Shown piece after piece: positions 1 through 11,241 of a stretch of 64,000 nt of DNA. Under the pieces are notes generated by a model. That model saw only the letters and a program-made list of their open reading frames with translations. It was not told the origin of the DNA and searched no databases. Within the stretch, counting starts at the first letter, position 1. Every line of letters starts with the position of its first letter. This stretch comes from an uncultured Acidobacteriota bacterium (lineage in GTDB: Bacteria; Acidobacteriota; Vicinamibacteria; Vicinamibacterales; UBA2999), in the NCBI GenBank assembly GCA_963807405.1, contig CAWEBU010000003.1, forward strand, positions 422,158 through 486,157, given 5' to 3'. Both the position numbers and the translations under genes were made by a program.

Positions 1-1008
1 GGTGGGCGGGATGTTCCAGCCGCCGCTCGTGCTGTAGTGGATCTCCGGCTGCGGCGGCAGCAGCACCAGCAGTCCCTTGAGCGGCGTCAGCTCGTCGTCG
101 CCGAAGAGCGCCTTGGCGCCCAGCCCGGTGCAGTTGACGATGAGGTTCTCGGACAGCGCCATCACGTCGCGCGGCGACGCGAACGTGCGGACGACGATCC
201 GGCCGCCGAAGGCCAGCACGTCGTCCATGAGCGCCGGCAGATAGATGTTCGGCTCGATCCGCAGCTCCGGACGCTCGATGGCGTAGGTGGTCGGGAAGGG
301 ATGCTCGCCGGGCTGCAGCAGCACCTGCTCGCTCTGGAGGTGGCGCGGCAGCAGCGCGTTCTCGCCGCGCGCCGACTCGGCCGACTCGGTGGGCGCGTAG
401 TTGGTGATCCAGGAGATGCCGTAGCGCGCGCCGGCCATGAACTGGAGCTGGCGGTAGCCGATCTCGGCTGCCTGCACGAGCTGCGCGCTCCACTCCGGCG
501 TGCGCTTCGAGAACTCGACCAGCCCGGAGGTCGGCGTCCAGGCGGCGAGCGAGAAGTTGGAGGTGACGTCAGGCGGCACGTTGGCGGCGTAGATCGTCAC
601 GGCGAAGCCGCGCCGCTGCAGCTGGCGGGCCATCGTCAGCCCGACGACGCCGGCGCCGAGCACGGCCGCGCGGCGCTCGCCGTGGGCCAGGGCCATGTCG
701 GCCGCCATGGTCGCGGTGCCCCACGACAGCGACATGCCGGAGCCGCCGTGACCGTAGTTGTGGATCACGGTCTTGTGGTCGAGCGTCGCCGACTTGAGCA
801 CGAAGCCCGTCGGGCGATACGGCCGCAGTCCCACCGTGCGGCGGATGACACGCTCGGCCGACACGCGCACGAGCGGCAGCTGCACCATCGGCCGCCGGGG
901 CGGCGCTGCCGCGGCCGGCGCCGTACGCGCCATCCGAGGGGCGCACGCCCCCAATCCCAGACCGGCCAGCGCCAGTCCGGCGTTCCCGAGCAGCGCACGA
1001 CGATTCAC
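1..1008 (-). CDS. FAD-dependent oxidoreductase, D-amino acid oxidase family, with Tat/lipoprotein-like signal (runs off the window edge)
   Basis: Manual translation from GTG 1008: MNRRALLG...LGAC signal, VGLRPYR, IHNYGHGGSGMSLSWG, Rossmann motif AVLGAGVVGL. Absent from the ORF track because it is open at the edge. Confidence 0.8.
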   Translation of the reverse strand, partial: MNRRALLGNAGLALAGLGLGACAPRMARTAPAAAAPPRRPMVQLPLVRVSAERVIRRTVGLRPYRPTGFVLKSATLDHKTVIHNYGHGGSGMSLSWGTATMAADMALAHGERRAAVLGAGVVGLTMARQLQRRGFAVTIYAANVPPDVTSNFSLAAWTPTSGLVEFSKRTPEWSAQLVQAAEIGYRQLQFMAGARYGISWITNYAPTESAESARGENALLPRHLQSEQVLLQPGEHPFPTTYAIERPELRIEPNIYLPALMDDVLAFGGRIVVRTFASPRDVMALSENLIVNCTGLGAKALFGDDELTPLKGLLVLLPPQPEIHYSTSGGWNIPPT

Positions 1009-1029
1009 GGCAGTCCCTTTCCGGTCCGG

Positions 1030-2454
1030 CTAGCGCGAGCGCGCCAGATCGACGACGACGTCGTAGTAGTAGCGGACGAACCGGTAGAGCTCCGACTCGT
1101 TGATGCGTTCCTGATCGCTGTGCGCGCCGAAGCCCTTCGGGCCGTCCTCGATGTCGATGGCCGGTCCGACGCCGTAGCACTGCACGCCCTTGGCCCGCAG
1201 GTAGGCCATGTCGGTGGCGCCGGTGCTCATGGCCGGCAGTGTGATGACCTTGTAGTGCTTGGTGACGTTGGCCTCGATGGCGGCGAAGGCATCCGTGTTC
1301 AGGCGCGAGATGCCGCTCGGACGCGTGTCGCGGGCGCCGTAGCTCACCTCCACGGTGGGGTCGTTGACGACCTTCTTCACCATCTCGAGGAAGGCGGCCG
1401 GATCCTGGTCCGGCATCATGCGCACGTCGAGCGTGGCCTTCACTTCCGACGGAATGACGTTGGTGCGGTAGCCGGCATTGATCATGGTCGGCGAGATCGA
1501 GGTGCGGATGGTCGAGGCATGGCGCGGCTCGTTGTCGAGGAAGTACTCGTCGGCCGCATCCTGCACCTTGACGTCGGGGCTGAGGATGGCGCGATAGCGG
1601 TCCGCCGCCGCCGGGTCCGAGATGCTGGCCAGGCGCTTGAAGTAGGCCGCGGTCGTCTCGTTGAAGCTGATCGGCGGCTTCCACTTCGCCACTGCCGAGA
1701 CGGCCGTCGTCAGCTTGACCACCGCGTTCGTGCGCAGCGGCACTGAGCCGTGGCCGGCCGTGCCGCGGGCCGTCAGCTCGATGGCACGCGGGATCTTCTC
1801 CAGGGTCTGCACCGACGCGAAGGTGACCTTGCCGCCCTGGCGGTTGAAGCTGCCGCCCTCGGCCAGGCAGTACTCGGCGTCGATGCTCGGAAAACGCTCG
1901 GCGTCGGTCATGTGGGCGATGCCGAAGCGGACGGCGCCCTCCTCGCCGGCCTCGAAGAGCGCGATCACGTCACGGTCGAGGCGGACGTTCTGACGCTTGA
2001 GCATCAGGAGCGCCATGACGGTGGCCGCCACGTTGTCCTTGTCGTCCACCGTGCCGCGGCCGTAGATGTAGCCGTCCTGGCGGAGCGCGCTGAAGGGGGG
2101 ATGCGTCCACTTCTTGGCGTCGATGTTCACCGTGTCGGTGTGCGCCATGAGCAGGAGCGGGCGCTTGGCGCCGGTGCCCTTGAGGCGGGCCACCAGGTTC
2201 GGCCGGTTGGGGTCGAGGGCGAAGGTCTCGGTCGGGATGCCTTCCTTCTCGAGCACGGCCCGGATGTAGTCGACGACCGGCTTCTCGACGCCGGGGGGCG
2301 TCGTCGGCGGGTCCGTCGAGTCGATCTGGACGATGGCCTGGAAGTGCCGCAGGGTCTCAGCGTCGACGGCGGCCCAATCGATGGCGGCCGGCGTTTGCGC
2401 CGAGGTGGCGCCGGTGGCGGCAACGATCAGGGCGAGCAAAGCCAGTCTTCTCAT
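1030..2454 (-). CDS. M20/M25/M40 family metallopeptidase, secreted
   Basis: Signal peptide; motifs AHTDTV, GRGTVDDK, GEE, GHGS, GATD, AHSDQE. Confidence 0.9.
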   Translation of the reverse strand: MRRLALLALIVAATGATSAQTPAAIDWAAVDAETLRHFQAIVQIDSTDPPTTPPGVEKPVVDYIRAVLEKEGIPTETFALDPNRPNLVARLKGTGAKRPLLLMAHTDTVNIDAKKWTHPPFSALRQDGYIYGRGTVDDKDNVAATVMALLMLKRQNVRLDRDVIALFEAGEEGAVRFGIAHMTDAERFPSIDAEYCLAEGGSFNRQGGKVTFASVQTLEKIPRAIELTARGTAGHGSVPLRTNAVVKLTTAVSAVAKWKPPISFNETTAAYFKRLASISDPAAADRYRAILSPDVKVQDAADEYFLDNEPRHASTIRTSISPTMINAGYRTNVIPSEVKATLDVRMMPDQDPAAFLEMVKKVVNDPTVEVSYGARDTRPSGISRLNTDAFAAIEANVTKHYKVITLPAMSTGATDMAYLRAKGVQCYGVGPAIDIEDGPKGFGAHSDQERINESELYRFVRYYYDVVVDLARSR

Positions 2455-2629
2455 CCGCGGGATGGTAGCCGAGATCCCGTCCGCGCGGAAAGCGCCACGG
2501 CGGCCAATTCCGTGCCGGCACTGACGGTTTTGTTGCCAGCGGGCGCGTCGCGAGCCGGCCGGTGGCGCCCGCGTCGGGCAAATCCGCGACGCCGGACTGG
2601 CAACACGATTGCAATCTCGTCAGATCGTC

Positions 2630-3427
2630 ATGCCTTCGTCACCCCGCGTCGGCCTTGCCTGCCCCCGACCCAGCGAACGCGCCACGATTGCCGACTGGCT
2701 GCGTTCGGTGGGTGTCGAGCCCGTCGTCCTCGTGGACGCCTGCTTCGTTGCCACTGGACTGAGCGGCCAGCCGCCGGTGCTGGTCGTCGCCGACGCCAGC
2801 CTGCTCACGCCCCACTTCATCCAGGCGATGCGCCGGGGTGATCCCAACCGTCCCATTCTCGCCATCGGCGACGACGGCGACCCGAACGAGGAAGCCCTGG
2901 CCCGCAAGGGCGTGTCCTTCCACGTGCGGCCGCTCAGCGAGGCGGCGCTGGTCCTGGCGGTCTCGCTGGCCCAGGCCGAGAGCCGGACGGCCCGCCGCTC
3001 CGCCCGCAAGACGGTGCCGCGCCTGGCCACCACGATCGAGGGCACGCCGGCCGTGCTGCTCGACGTGAGCCGGGAAGGCCTCCGTCTCGAGGTCGACGCG
3101 GCCGGCGGCGCCCGGCTCTCGCCCCAGTTCGTGGTGCACGTGCCGCTCCTCAAAGCGGGCGTGCCGGTCCAGCGGGTGTGGGTGAAGTCAGCCGCGGGCG
3201 GCTCGACCCGCAAGGTGCAGTGCGGCGCCACCCTGCTCGCCACCGACGACCGCACGACCCAGGCGTGGCACCGCCTGACGGATCCGGGCGGCGGACACAT
3301 CGTGGCGCCGCGTCCCGCGGCCGCCAAAGTGAGCAGCGACGGGCTCTTCGGCCGCGTGTCGTCGCTCCTCTCGCACGCGCCACTCGTCGGCTCGCTGGGC
3401 CAGCGGTCCTGGCGTCAGCGCTCGTAG
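2630..3427 (+). CDS. Atypical receiver-like domain plus PilZ domain protein
   Basis: N-terminal REC-like pattern (LVVAD, PILAI, VRPLSEAAL); PilZ motifs RRSAR and DVSREG. Confidence 0.6.
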   Translation: MPSSPRVGLACPRPSERATIADWLRSVGVEPVVLVDACFVATGLSGQPPVLVVADASLLTPHFIQAMRRGDPNRPILAIGDDGDPNEEALARKGVSFHVRPLSEAALVLAVSLAQAESRTARRSARKTVPRLATTIEGTPAVLLDVSREGLRLEVDAAGGARLSPQFVVHVPLLKAGVPVQRVWVKSAAGGSTRKVQCGATLLATDDRTTQAWHRLTDPGGGHIVAPRPAAAKVSSDGLFGRVSSLLSHAPLVGSLGQRSWRQRS

Positions 3428-3555
3428 CGCCGGCCTCACGCTCGGCGCCACGCCGCCGTGACGGCCGCGCCGGGCGGCCCGCGGGCAGGGTCGTGGCGGC
3501 TGCGACACAAGTATTACAGTCGCCTCCGGCCGATCCCGGTAGCCTTGATGGGCGT

Positions 3556-4461
<906 letters not shown>

Positions 4462-4523
4462 GACGCGCGGCCGGCGTCCGCGACGCCAGCGGCTAGGGGC
4501 TAGCCGCTAAGTACAATCCCCCC

Positions 4524-5429
4524 ATGACCCGCCGCCAGACGGCCACTGTCGTCTTCATCGTGCTGTGCGTCGTGCTGGTGGCAGCGGCCGTGTCGCTGAA
4601 CATCGGCTGGATGCTCGGCACCGGCCGGCAGCTGCTGCCGCTCGTCCTCGGCGCGCTGGCGTTTGCCCTGATCATCGCCGGCATCATCGTCTACACCGTG
4701 TTCCTGGTGCGCGAGCTCCGGCGGACCGAGCAGCAGGACAGCTTCCTCAACGCGGTGACGCACGAGCTGAAGACGCCGATTGCCTCCATCCGCCTGTATC
4801 TCGAGACCCTCCAGGCGCGCGAGACGTCCGAGGCCCAGCGGCGGGAGTTCTACCGCGTCATGCTCGACGACACCGCGCGCCTGCAGTACACGGTCGAGCA
4901 GGTGCTGCGGGCCGGCGTGGCCAGCCAGCGGCGCCGGCTGGCGCACCGGGCACCGGTGGACCTCGGCGCCCTGGCCCGCGAGTGCATCGAGGTGACGCGG
5001 CGGCGCCACCATCTCGACGGCGACGCCCTGAAGCTGGCGGCTGACGCGCCGGGCGATCCGATGATCGTCGACGGCGACATCGACGAGCTGCGCACGGCCA
5101 TCGGCAACCTGCTCGACAACGCCGTGAAGTACTCGGCCACCGGCATCCACGTGACGGTGGAACTGGCCGCCCCGACCCCGGCCACGCTGTGGGTGCGGGT
5201 GCGCGATCGCGGCGTCGGCATTCCGCGCCGCCAGCTGCGCCGCATCTTCAACCGCTTCCACCGCTTCCAGGCCCGCGGCTTCAGCGTGAAGGGCACCGGC
5301 CTCGGCCTCTACATCGTCCGCTCGATCGCCCGGCAGCATGGCGGACGCGTCTTCGCCGAGAGCCAGGGCGAGGGCACCGGCAGCACCTTCACCCTCGAAC
5401 TGCCCAAGGCGGCGGCGGACCGGCTGTGA
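4524..5429 (+). CDS. Sensor histidine kinase (2 TM, HisKA + HATPase)
   Basis: THELKTP H-box, NLLDNAVKYS N-box, DRGVGI, GTGLGL. Confidence 0.93.
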   Translation: MTRRQTATVVFIVLCVVLVAAAVSLNIGWMLGTGRQLLPLVLGALAFALIIAGIIVYTVFLVRELRRTEQQDSFLNAVTHELKTPIASIRLYLETLQARETSEAQRREFYRVMLDDTARLQYTVEQVLRAGVASQRRRLAHRAPVDLGALARECIEVTRRRHHLDGDALKLAADAPGDPMIVDGDIDELRTAIGNLLDNAVKYSATGIHVTVELAAPTPATLWVRVRDRGVGIPRRQLRRIFNRFHRFQARGFSVKGTGLGLYIVRSIARQHGGRVFAESQGEGTGSTFTLELPKAAADRL

Positions 5430-6151
5430 GCCGCATCCTGATCGTCGAGGACGAGCGGCATCTGGCCGATGGCCTGCGCTTCAATCTCGAGGCCGACGGC
5501 CACGAGGTGCGGATCGCGGGCGATGGCGTGGAGGCGCTGGAGGTGCTGCGCGAGTCGCGTGGGCACTACGACGTCGTGGTGCTCGACGTGATGCTGCCGC
5601 GGATGGACGGCTTCGACGTGGCCCGGACGCTGCGGGCCGAGAGCGACTTCGTGCCGATCCTGATGCTGACCGCGCGGGCCCGTCCGGAGGACGTGCTGCA
5701 GGGCTTCGAAAGCGGCGCCGACGACTACCTGCCGAAGCCGTTCGAGCTGGCGATCCTGCTGGCGCGGGTCAAGGGCCTGCTCCGGCGCCGGCAGTGGCTG
5801 CGCGGTCCCACCGAGCCGGCGAAACCCGTGGCCGCGCCGCCCGCCCCGGCCGAAGTCCTGGAGTTCGGCGGACACCGCCTCGATCTGCGGGCGCTCGAGC
5901 TCCATGCCCGCGGCCGGGCCTACCGGCTGACGATGATGGAGGCCGACCTGCTCGCCTACCTGGTGCGGCACGCCGGTCAGGTCGTGGCGCGCAAGGCCAT
6001 CCTGGGCGATGTGTGGGGGCTGCACGAAGACACCGACACGCGCGCCATCGACAACTTCATCGTGCGCCTGCGGCGCTATCTGGAAGCGGACCCCGCCAAG
6101 CCCACGCTCATCGTCACCGTGCGCGGCGTCGGCTATCGCCTGCAGTTGTAG
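5426..6151 (+). CDS. OmpR/PhoB-family response regulator
   Basis: GTGA overlap with the kinase; ILIVEDE, LDVMLP, DDYLPKPF, TVRGVGY. Confidence 0.93.
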   Translation: MSRILIVEDERHLADGLRFNLEADGHEVRIAGDGVEALEVLRESRGHYDVVVLDVMLPRMDGFDVARTLRAESDFVPILMLTARARPEDVLQGFESGADDYLPKPFELAILLARVKGLLRRRQWLRGPTEPAKPVAAPPAPAEVLEFGGHRLDLRALELHARGRAYRLTMMEADLLAYLVRHAGQVVARKAILGDVWGLHEDTDTRAIDNFIVRLRRYLEADPAKPTLIVTVRGVGYRLQL

Positions 6152-6285
6152 ATTTGTAACGGGGTCTGTCACGGTCACCGGTTGTAACGGGGTCTGTCAC
6201 GGTCACGGAGTCGTGACAAGCGGTGACCGTGACAGACCCCGTTACAACCGTCAAGCGGTGACCGTGACAGACCCCGTTACAAATC
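6151..6285. repeat. REP/REPIN cluster 1 (2 forward + 2 reverse copies, long palindrome)
   Basis: TTGTAACGGGGTCTGTCAC at 6154 and 6182; reverse complement at 6229 and 6264; lies between convergent genes. Confidence 0.92.
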
Positions 6286-6288
6286 CAC

Positions 6289-7429
6289 CTAGTCCAGCGC
6301 CATCCAGATGAACGCCGTCGTCTGCGTCGCGCGGAAGTTGTCGTCGCTCACGAGCATCACCGTGCGCTCACCCCGGGGGCCGGGCGGACCGAAGGCGATG
6401 CCCTCGATGTTCGAGAGCGTGGACAGGAGCGGCGGCAGCCGCGCCCGCCAGTCGGCCAGATCGAGCACCAGGCGTTTCTGCGCCGGCACCGGCGCGTGGC
6501 CCGCCAGCGACGGCAGCCCCGAGACGTCGTCGGCGCCCAGCAGCGACACTTCGTAGAGCCGCACCGGGTTGTAGGCCGGCGCCCCCCCGGCGCCGCGCAG
6601 ACACGCGCGCTCGACGGCGAGCAGCACCGTGTCGGAGAGCGCGAGCATCGCCGAGAGGCCGTTGTTGCCGTCTTCGCACACCGGTCCGTAGTCCGCCACC
6701 GACGCCGTCGGCTCGAGCTGGTAGGTCCACTCGCGCCCCGGCGCCCAGGCGCCGGCCGCGCCCGGCACGAACTCGACGAGCCGCACCAGCCCGCCGCGCG
6801 TCGCGTCCGAGAGCGGGCCGTCCTGCGCGAGCGGCTGTTCGAGACCACTGACGAGACGTCCGTCAGGCGTGCGCGTCAGGCTCTCGAGACCGAGGTTGTG
6901 CCGCACGCCGACCGTCCGGTCGGCGGGATCGATGGCGAAGTGCGGCCGCGGCCGCACCACGGTGGTGACGACGCCGTCGCGCGTCGCGAGGAGCACCCGG
7001 GGCTGGCGCGCCACTCCGCCGCGATCGATGTGGCCCTCGTGCGCGACGGCGAACGAATCCGTCCGGAAAGATCGCGAGCCCCTCCATGTCGAGCGCCGTG
7101 AGGGTGTCGGCCGGCAGACCGGGCGCGAGGGTGAGACGGCTCATCGCCGTCGGCTGCACGCCGAGGGTGGCGCCAAGAGCGATGTCCAGCCACACCAGTC
7201 TGGGCGCGCGGATGTCGTCACTCGCCCCCACCCAGCGGCCGCTCATCCCGTCGAAGGCCAGGTCGGACAGACTGCCCACGGGCAGGCCGTCGATGGCCGG
7301 CAGCGTGCCGGCGACGGCGGCAAACGCCCCCAGCAGTCGCAGGGTCGGTCCGGGCCGAGGCGCGCCGACAGCCGGCGCGGGAGTGCGTGACGAGCACGCG
7401 GCCATCCCGCACATCAGCAGCGCGGTCAC
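6289..7429 (-). CDS. Esterase-like activity of phytase family protein (one apparent frameshift near 7057; start uncertain)
   Basis: GSLSDLAFD and DMEGLA in one frame; NLGLESL, NGLS, NIEGIAFG, VSDDNF in the next. Confidence 0.75.
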
Positions 7430-7496
7430 GAGGCGCTGCAGGAATGGCGCTATGCTCAGGAGGTTCGGCCGATTCATCATCTTTCTGGAGGTTCTG

Positions 7497-8021
7497 ATGC
7501 AAGTTACACGCACGCTCTGTCTCGCCGTGGTCGCCGCCGCCGTGGCGGCTCCCGCGTTCTCGCAGACCAACCCCGCCACGGCTGCCGCCACGGCGCAGTT
7601 TGGCATGATCAGCGGCGTCCTCGAGAAGACGGCGGAGAAGATTCCCGAGAATCTCTATACCTACAAGGCGACGCCGGAAGTCCGGTCCTTCGCACAGCTC
7701 ATCGGCCACATCGCCGACAGCCAGTTCGGCATGTGCGCCACGGCGGCCGGCGAGAAGCCGCCGCAGAGCGGCATCGAGAAGACCAAGACGTCGAAGGCCG
7801 ACCTGGCCAAGGCCCTGGCCGACTCCAACGCCTACTGCAAGACGGTGCTGGCCGGCATGAACGACCAGAAGGGCATGGAAGTCATCAAGTTCTTCACCGG
7901 CCCCTCGCCGCGTCTGTCGGTGCTGGCCTTCAACGTCGCGCACAGCTACGAGCACTACGGCAACCTCGTGACCTACATGCGGCTCAACAAGATCGTGCCG
8001 CCCTCGAGCGAGGGCCGGTAG
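7497..8021 (+). CDS. DinB family protein, secreted
   Basis: GGAGG RBS; signal peptide; VRSFAQLIGHIA, HSYEHYGNLVTYMR. Confidence 0.85.
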   Translation: MQVTRTLCLAVVAAAVAAPAFSQTNPATAAATAQFGMISGVLEKTAEKIPENLYTYKATPEVRSFAQLIGHIADSQFGMCATAAGEKPPQSGIEKTKTSKADLAKALADSNAYCKTVLAGMNDQKGMEVIKFFTGPSPRLSVLAFNVAHSYEHYGNLVTYMRLNKIVPPSSEGR

Positions 8022-8061
8022 CACGCACGTGGATGCACCGCGCGACCCCGTCAGACCCCTG

Positions 8062-9078
8062 ATGGGCGAACGTCAGCGGCGGTGTGTCTGGCGCCGCGGT
8101 TCCTTGCGCCTCCTTGCGCTCGGGATCGCGGCGATGCTTTTCGAGGGCTGCGCGCCCGTCTACTGGCTGGGCACGCGGGTGCTCTACGACAAGGCGCCGA
8201 GTCCGCCCAACGTCGAGCTGAACGTACCCTACGACCCTGCCGCCCCGGACGATCCCAAGCGCCAGCTCGATCTCTATCTGCCCGACGGGCGTGACTTCCC
8301 CACCGTGGTCTTCGTGCACGGCGGCGGCTGGGCGTGGGGCGATCGCACGCAGACCTTCGGCGGCGCCGACGTCTACCGCAACATCGGCCGCTTTCTCGCC
8401 GGTCACGGCATCGCGACGGCGGTCATCGGCTACCGGCTGGTGTGGCCGCTCGACTGGCAATCGCAGGTCGGCGACGTGGCGCGCGCGGTGTCGTGGGTGC
8501 AGAGCCACATCGTCGACCGCGGCGGCAGCGCCAGCCGTCTGTTCCTGATGGGCCACTCGGCCGGGGCGCAACTGGCCGCGCGCGTGGCCACCGACCCCAT
8601 CTGGCTGGCGCGCGAGCAGGGGACGGTCGGCGGCATCTGCGGCGTGGCCGCGGTGAGCGGCGCCGCCTACGACCTCGGCGACATCGACACCTATCGCGAC
8701 GGCTTCGACCCGCTCTATTTCGCCGAGCGCTTCGGCGGCAGCCGTCTCGATGGCTCGTGGTGGCGCGACGCCTCCGTCCTGCCGTTCCTCGACGCCGGCG
8801 ATCCGCCCTTCCTCGTCGTCTCCGCGACCGGAGAATCCCGCGGCCTCAAGCGCCAGTCGTCACTGCTCCACCGGGCGCTCGGCCAGGCCGGCGTGCCCTC
8901 GACGATGGTCACGGTCAAGGGCTCGAGTCACGAGCGGATCATCCTGGAGCTCAGCCGCGACGACAAGACGGCGGGGCCGGCCGTGCTCGCCTTCATCGCC
9001 GACACGCCGTGCCCGCGCGCGGCCGCGCCAGCGGCCTATCGCGCGGCTAGTCGTGCGGCGTGGCGCCGGGTGGAATGA
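8062..9078 (+). CDS. Alpha/beta hydrolase (HSL/BD-FAE-like esterase); start uncertain
   Basis: VHGGGW and GHSAGA motifs. Confidence 0.85.
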   Translation: MGERQRRCVWRRGSLRLLALGIAAMLFEGCAPVYWLGTRVLYDKAPSPPNVELNVPYDPAAPDDPKRQLDLYLPDGRDFPTVVFVHGGGWAWGDRTQTFGGADVYRNIGRFLAGHGIATAVIGYRLVWPLDWQSQVGDVARAVSWVQSHIVDRGGSASRLFLMGHSAGAQLAARVATDPIWLAREQGTVGGICGVAAVSGAAYDLGDIDTYRDGFDPLYFAERFGGSRLDGSWWRDASVLPFLDAGDPPFLVVSATGESRGLKRQSSLLHRALGQAGVPSTMVTVKGSSHERIILELSRDDKTAGPAVLAFIADTPCPRAAAPAAYRAASRAAWRRVE

Positions 9079-10252
9079 AGGCGCTGTGTTCCTCGCCCAG
9101 GCGCCGGGCGTAGTCGTCCACGAGCGCTGCCACGCGCGCGCGATCGGGTGAGGCCACGATCAGACCGGCGTGGTAGGGCTTCGACAGGCGCCACACCACC
9201 TCCGGCGCGTCGAAGGCGCTCAGGTCGGGCGTCTGGTCCTTGGCGAGCGACGTGATGAGCCCCGCGTAGTCGCGCCGCAAGCTGGGCACAGCGAACGGCG
9301 CCTTGCCGCCGGCCAGTTCCACCTTCGCCCACTCGGCCCACAGGTTCATGCCGGTCGCCGCTTCCACCAGTTCCACGATATGCGCCCCGCCGACGCGCGC
9401 CGAGGTCTCGAGGAAATACCAGCGGTCGTCGTGGCCCTTGATGAACTCGGTGTGCGACACGCCGCGCACGAGTCCCAGCGTCCGCAGGACCTCCCGGTTG
9501 AACGCCTGCAGCGCCGTGTCGTCGTGGCCCCCACGCTCGATGAGCTCGGTCGTGAACACGCCGCCGCTGTGCGAGACGTCGAAGGGCGGCCGCCCGTAGC
9601 AGCTGGCGATCGACACCAGCACCTCGCGCTCGTAGACGACGCTGTCCACGTGGTAGACGTCGCCGGCCACGAACTGCTCCAGCAGGTGGTAGGACGCGCG
9701 GTCGCCCAGGCCGTCGATGAGCGGCCAGAGCTCGGCTTCGGAGGTCACCTTGCTGATGCCGATGGTGCCGGCTTCCATGCGCGGCTTGAGCACCCACGGG
9801 GGCGGCACCCGGGCACAGAACTCGCGCAGCCGCGCCTCGTTCAGCACGTGCACGAAGGCCGGCACCCGCAGGCCGAACTCCTCGGCCCGCATGCGCATGG
9901 CGAGCTTGTCGCGGAAGTGACGGGTGGTGGTCTCGCCCATGCCGGGCACCCGCAGGTGCTCGCGCAGGGCCGACGCCTTCTCCAGGTCGAAGTCGTCGAG
10001 CGGCACCACGCGGTCGATCGGCGTGCGCCGGGCCAGGTGACTGGCGCCGAGGATGAGGTCGTCGAGCCGCCACCTCTTGTCGTCGTCGTGGACGAAGAAG
10101 ATGTCGTCGAGGCTCTCGCGCGGCCAGTCGGCGTCTCGCAGGCTTTCGGACGTCACGAGATAGACCCGTGCGCCCTGCCGCTTGGCCTCCCGCAGAAACG
10201 CCTGGCCCTTGTGATACGACGCGATACAGAGGATGGAGAGAGGTGCTGCCAT
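9047..10252 (-). CDS. ATP-grasp domain protein (carboxylate-amine ligase-like)
   Basis: FRDKLAMR, WVLKPR, LLEQFVAG, HTEFI, FLETSARVGG. Confidence 0.85.
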   Translation of the reverse strand: MAAPLSILCIASYHKGQAFLREAKRQGARVYLVTSESLRDADWPRESLDDIFFVHDDDKRWRLDDLILGASHLARRTPIDRVVPLDDFDLEKASALREHLRVPGMGETTTRHFRDKLAMRMRAEEFGLRVPAFVHVLNEARLREFCARVPPPWVLKPRMEAGTIGISKVTSEAELWPLIDGLGDRASYHLLEQFVAGDVYHVDSVVYEREVLVSIASCYGRPPFDVSHSGGVFTTELIERGGHDDTALQAFNREVLRTLGLVRGVSHTEFIKGHDDRWYFLETSARVGGAHIVELVEAATGMNLWAEWAKVELAGGKAPFAVPSLRRDYAGLITSLAKDQTPDLSAFDAPEVVWRLSKPYHAGLIVASPDRARVAALVDDYARRLGEEHSAFIPPGATPHD

Positions 10253-10293
10253 GTCGAAACAACTCCGCGGGCCTGCATGCTACCATCCCTCGC

Positions 10294-11112
10294 GTGAGCG
10301 TCTTCGACGAGACTCCAAAAGAGCCGTCCAGCCGCGCGCCCGTCGTGGCCGGCGGTGTCGCGGTGGTGCTGCTCCTGGCCGGTGGCGCGTACCTGATGAT
10401 GGGCAGTGACGACGAGCCCGCGGTCGCCACCGACGCCCCGGCGGCCGCCCGTGAGCCGGCCGCCCGGCCCGCCCCGAAGGCGGCAGCCCCGGCTCCGGAA
10501 CCCGACCCGCCAGCCGAACCGTCCCCGAGGGCCGCGGCGCGGCGTGCCCCGGCTGCGGCCTCCGCCCCGGCGGTCGAGGCGGCTCGTGCTGACGCCGCCA
10601 CCCTGACCATCGAGTCGGATGTCCCGGGCGCGTCGGTGTTCGTCGACCGCGAGTTCGTCGGCACGGCGCCGGTCACGCTCAGGAACGTCACGCCCGGCGC
10701 CAAGCGCGTCAACCTTTCGGCCGAGGGGTTCGACGGCGTCCAGCGGTCCATCGACGTGACGCCGGGAGAGACCACCGTGACGGTGCGCCTCAAGGAAGTA
10801 CGACTGAACACCACGGTGGCGGTATCGCACAAACACGGCATGGGTGGCTGCGAGGGCACGCTCCGGGCCACCATCGACGGGCTGTCCTACGACACCACCA
10901 ACAAGAACGACGCCTTCACCCTGCCCTACGCCCGGATCGAGAGCTTCGAGGTCAATTACCTCGAGAAGAATCTCAAGGTGAAGCAGCGCGGCGGCAAGAC
11001 CTGGAACTTCACCGACAAGGACGCCGACAACGCCGACCGGCTGTTCGTCTTCCACCGCGACGTCACGGCGGCCCGTGACAAGCTCGCCAAGGGCTACACG
11101 GCCGCCCGTTAG
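10294..11112 (+). CDS. PEGA domain membrane-anchored protein
   Basis: TM helix, Pro/Ala linker, LTIESDVPGASVFVD...GTAPV PEGA pattern. Confidence 0.8.
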   Translation: MSVFDETPKEPSSRAPVVAGGVAVVLLLAGGAYLMMGSDDEPAVATDAPAAAREPAARPAPKAAAPAPEPDPPAEPSPRAAARRAPAAASAPAVEAARADAATLTIESDVPGASVFVDREFVGTAPVTLRNVTPGAKRVNLSAEGFDGVQRSIDVTPGETTVTVRLKEVRLNTTVAVSHKHGMGGCEGTLRATIDGLSYDTTNKNDAFTLPYARIESFEVNYLEKNLKVKQRGGKTWNFTDKDADNADRLFVFHRDVTAARDKLAKGYTAAR

Positions 11113-11241
11113 ACGCCGCGCGCCGGGGAAGGTTCCGGCGGCCATACAAGGCGCGGATCCCCTTGATTCGGCGTGTCACGAGCCCTATTCTGTTGCTACG
11201 GTGCCGTCATCCCGGCGACCGAGTGAGAGTCACATCCAGCC

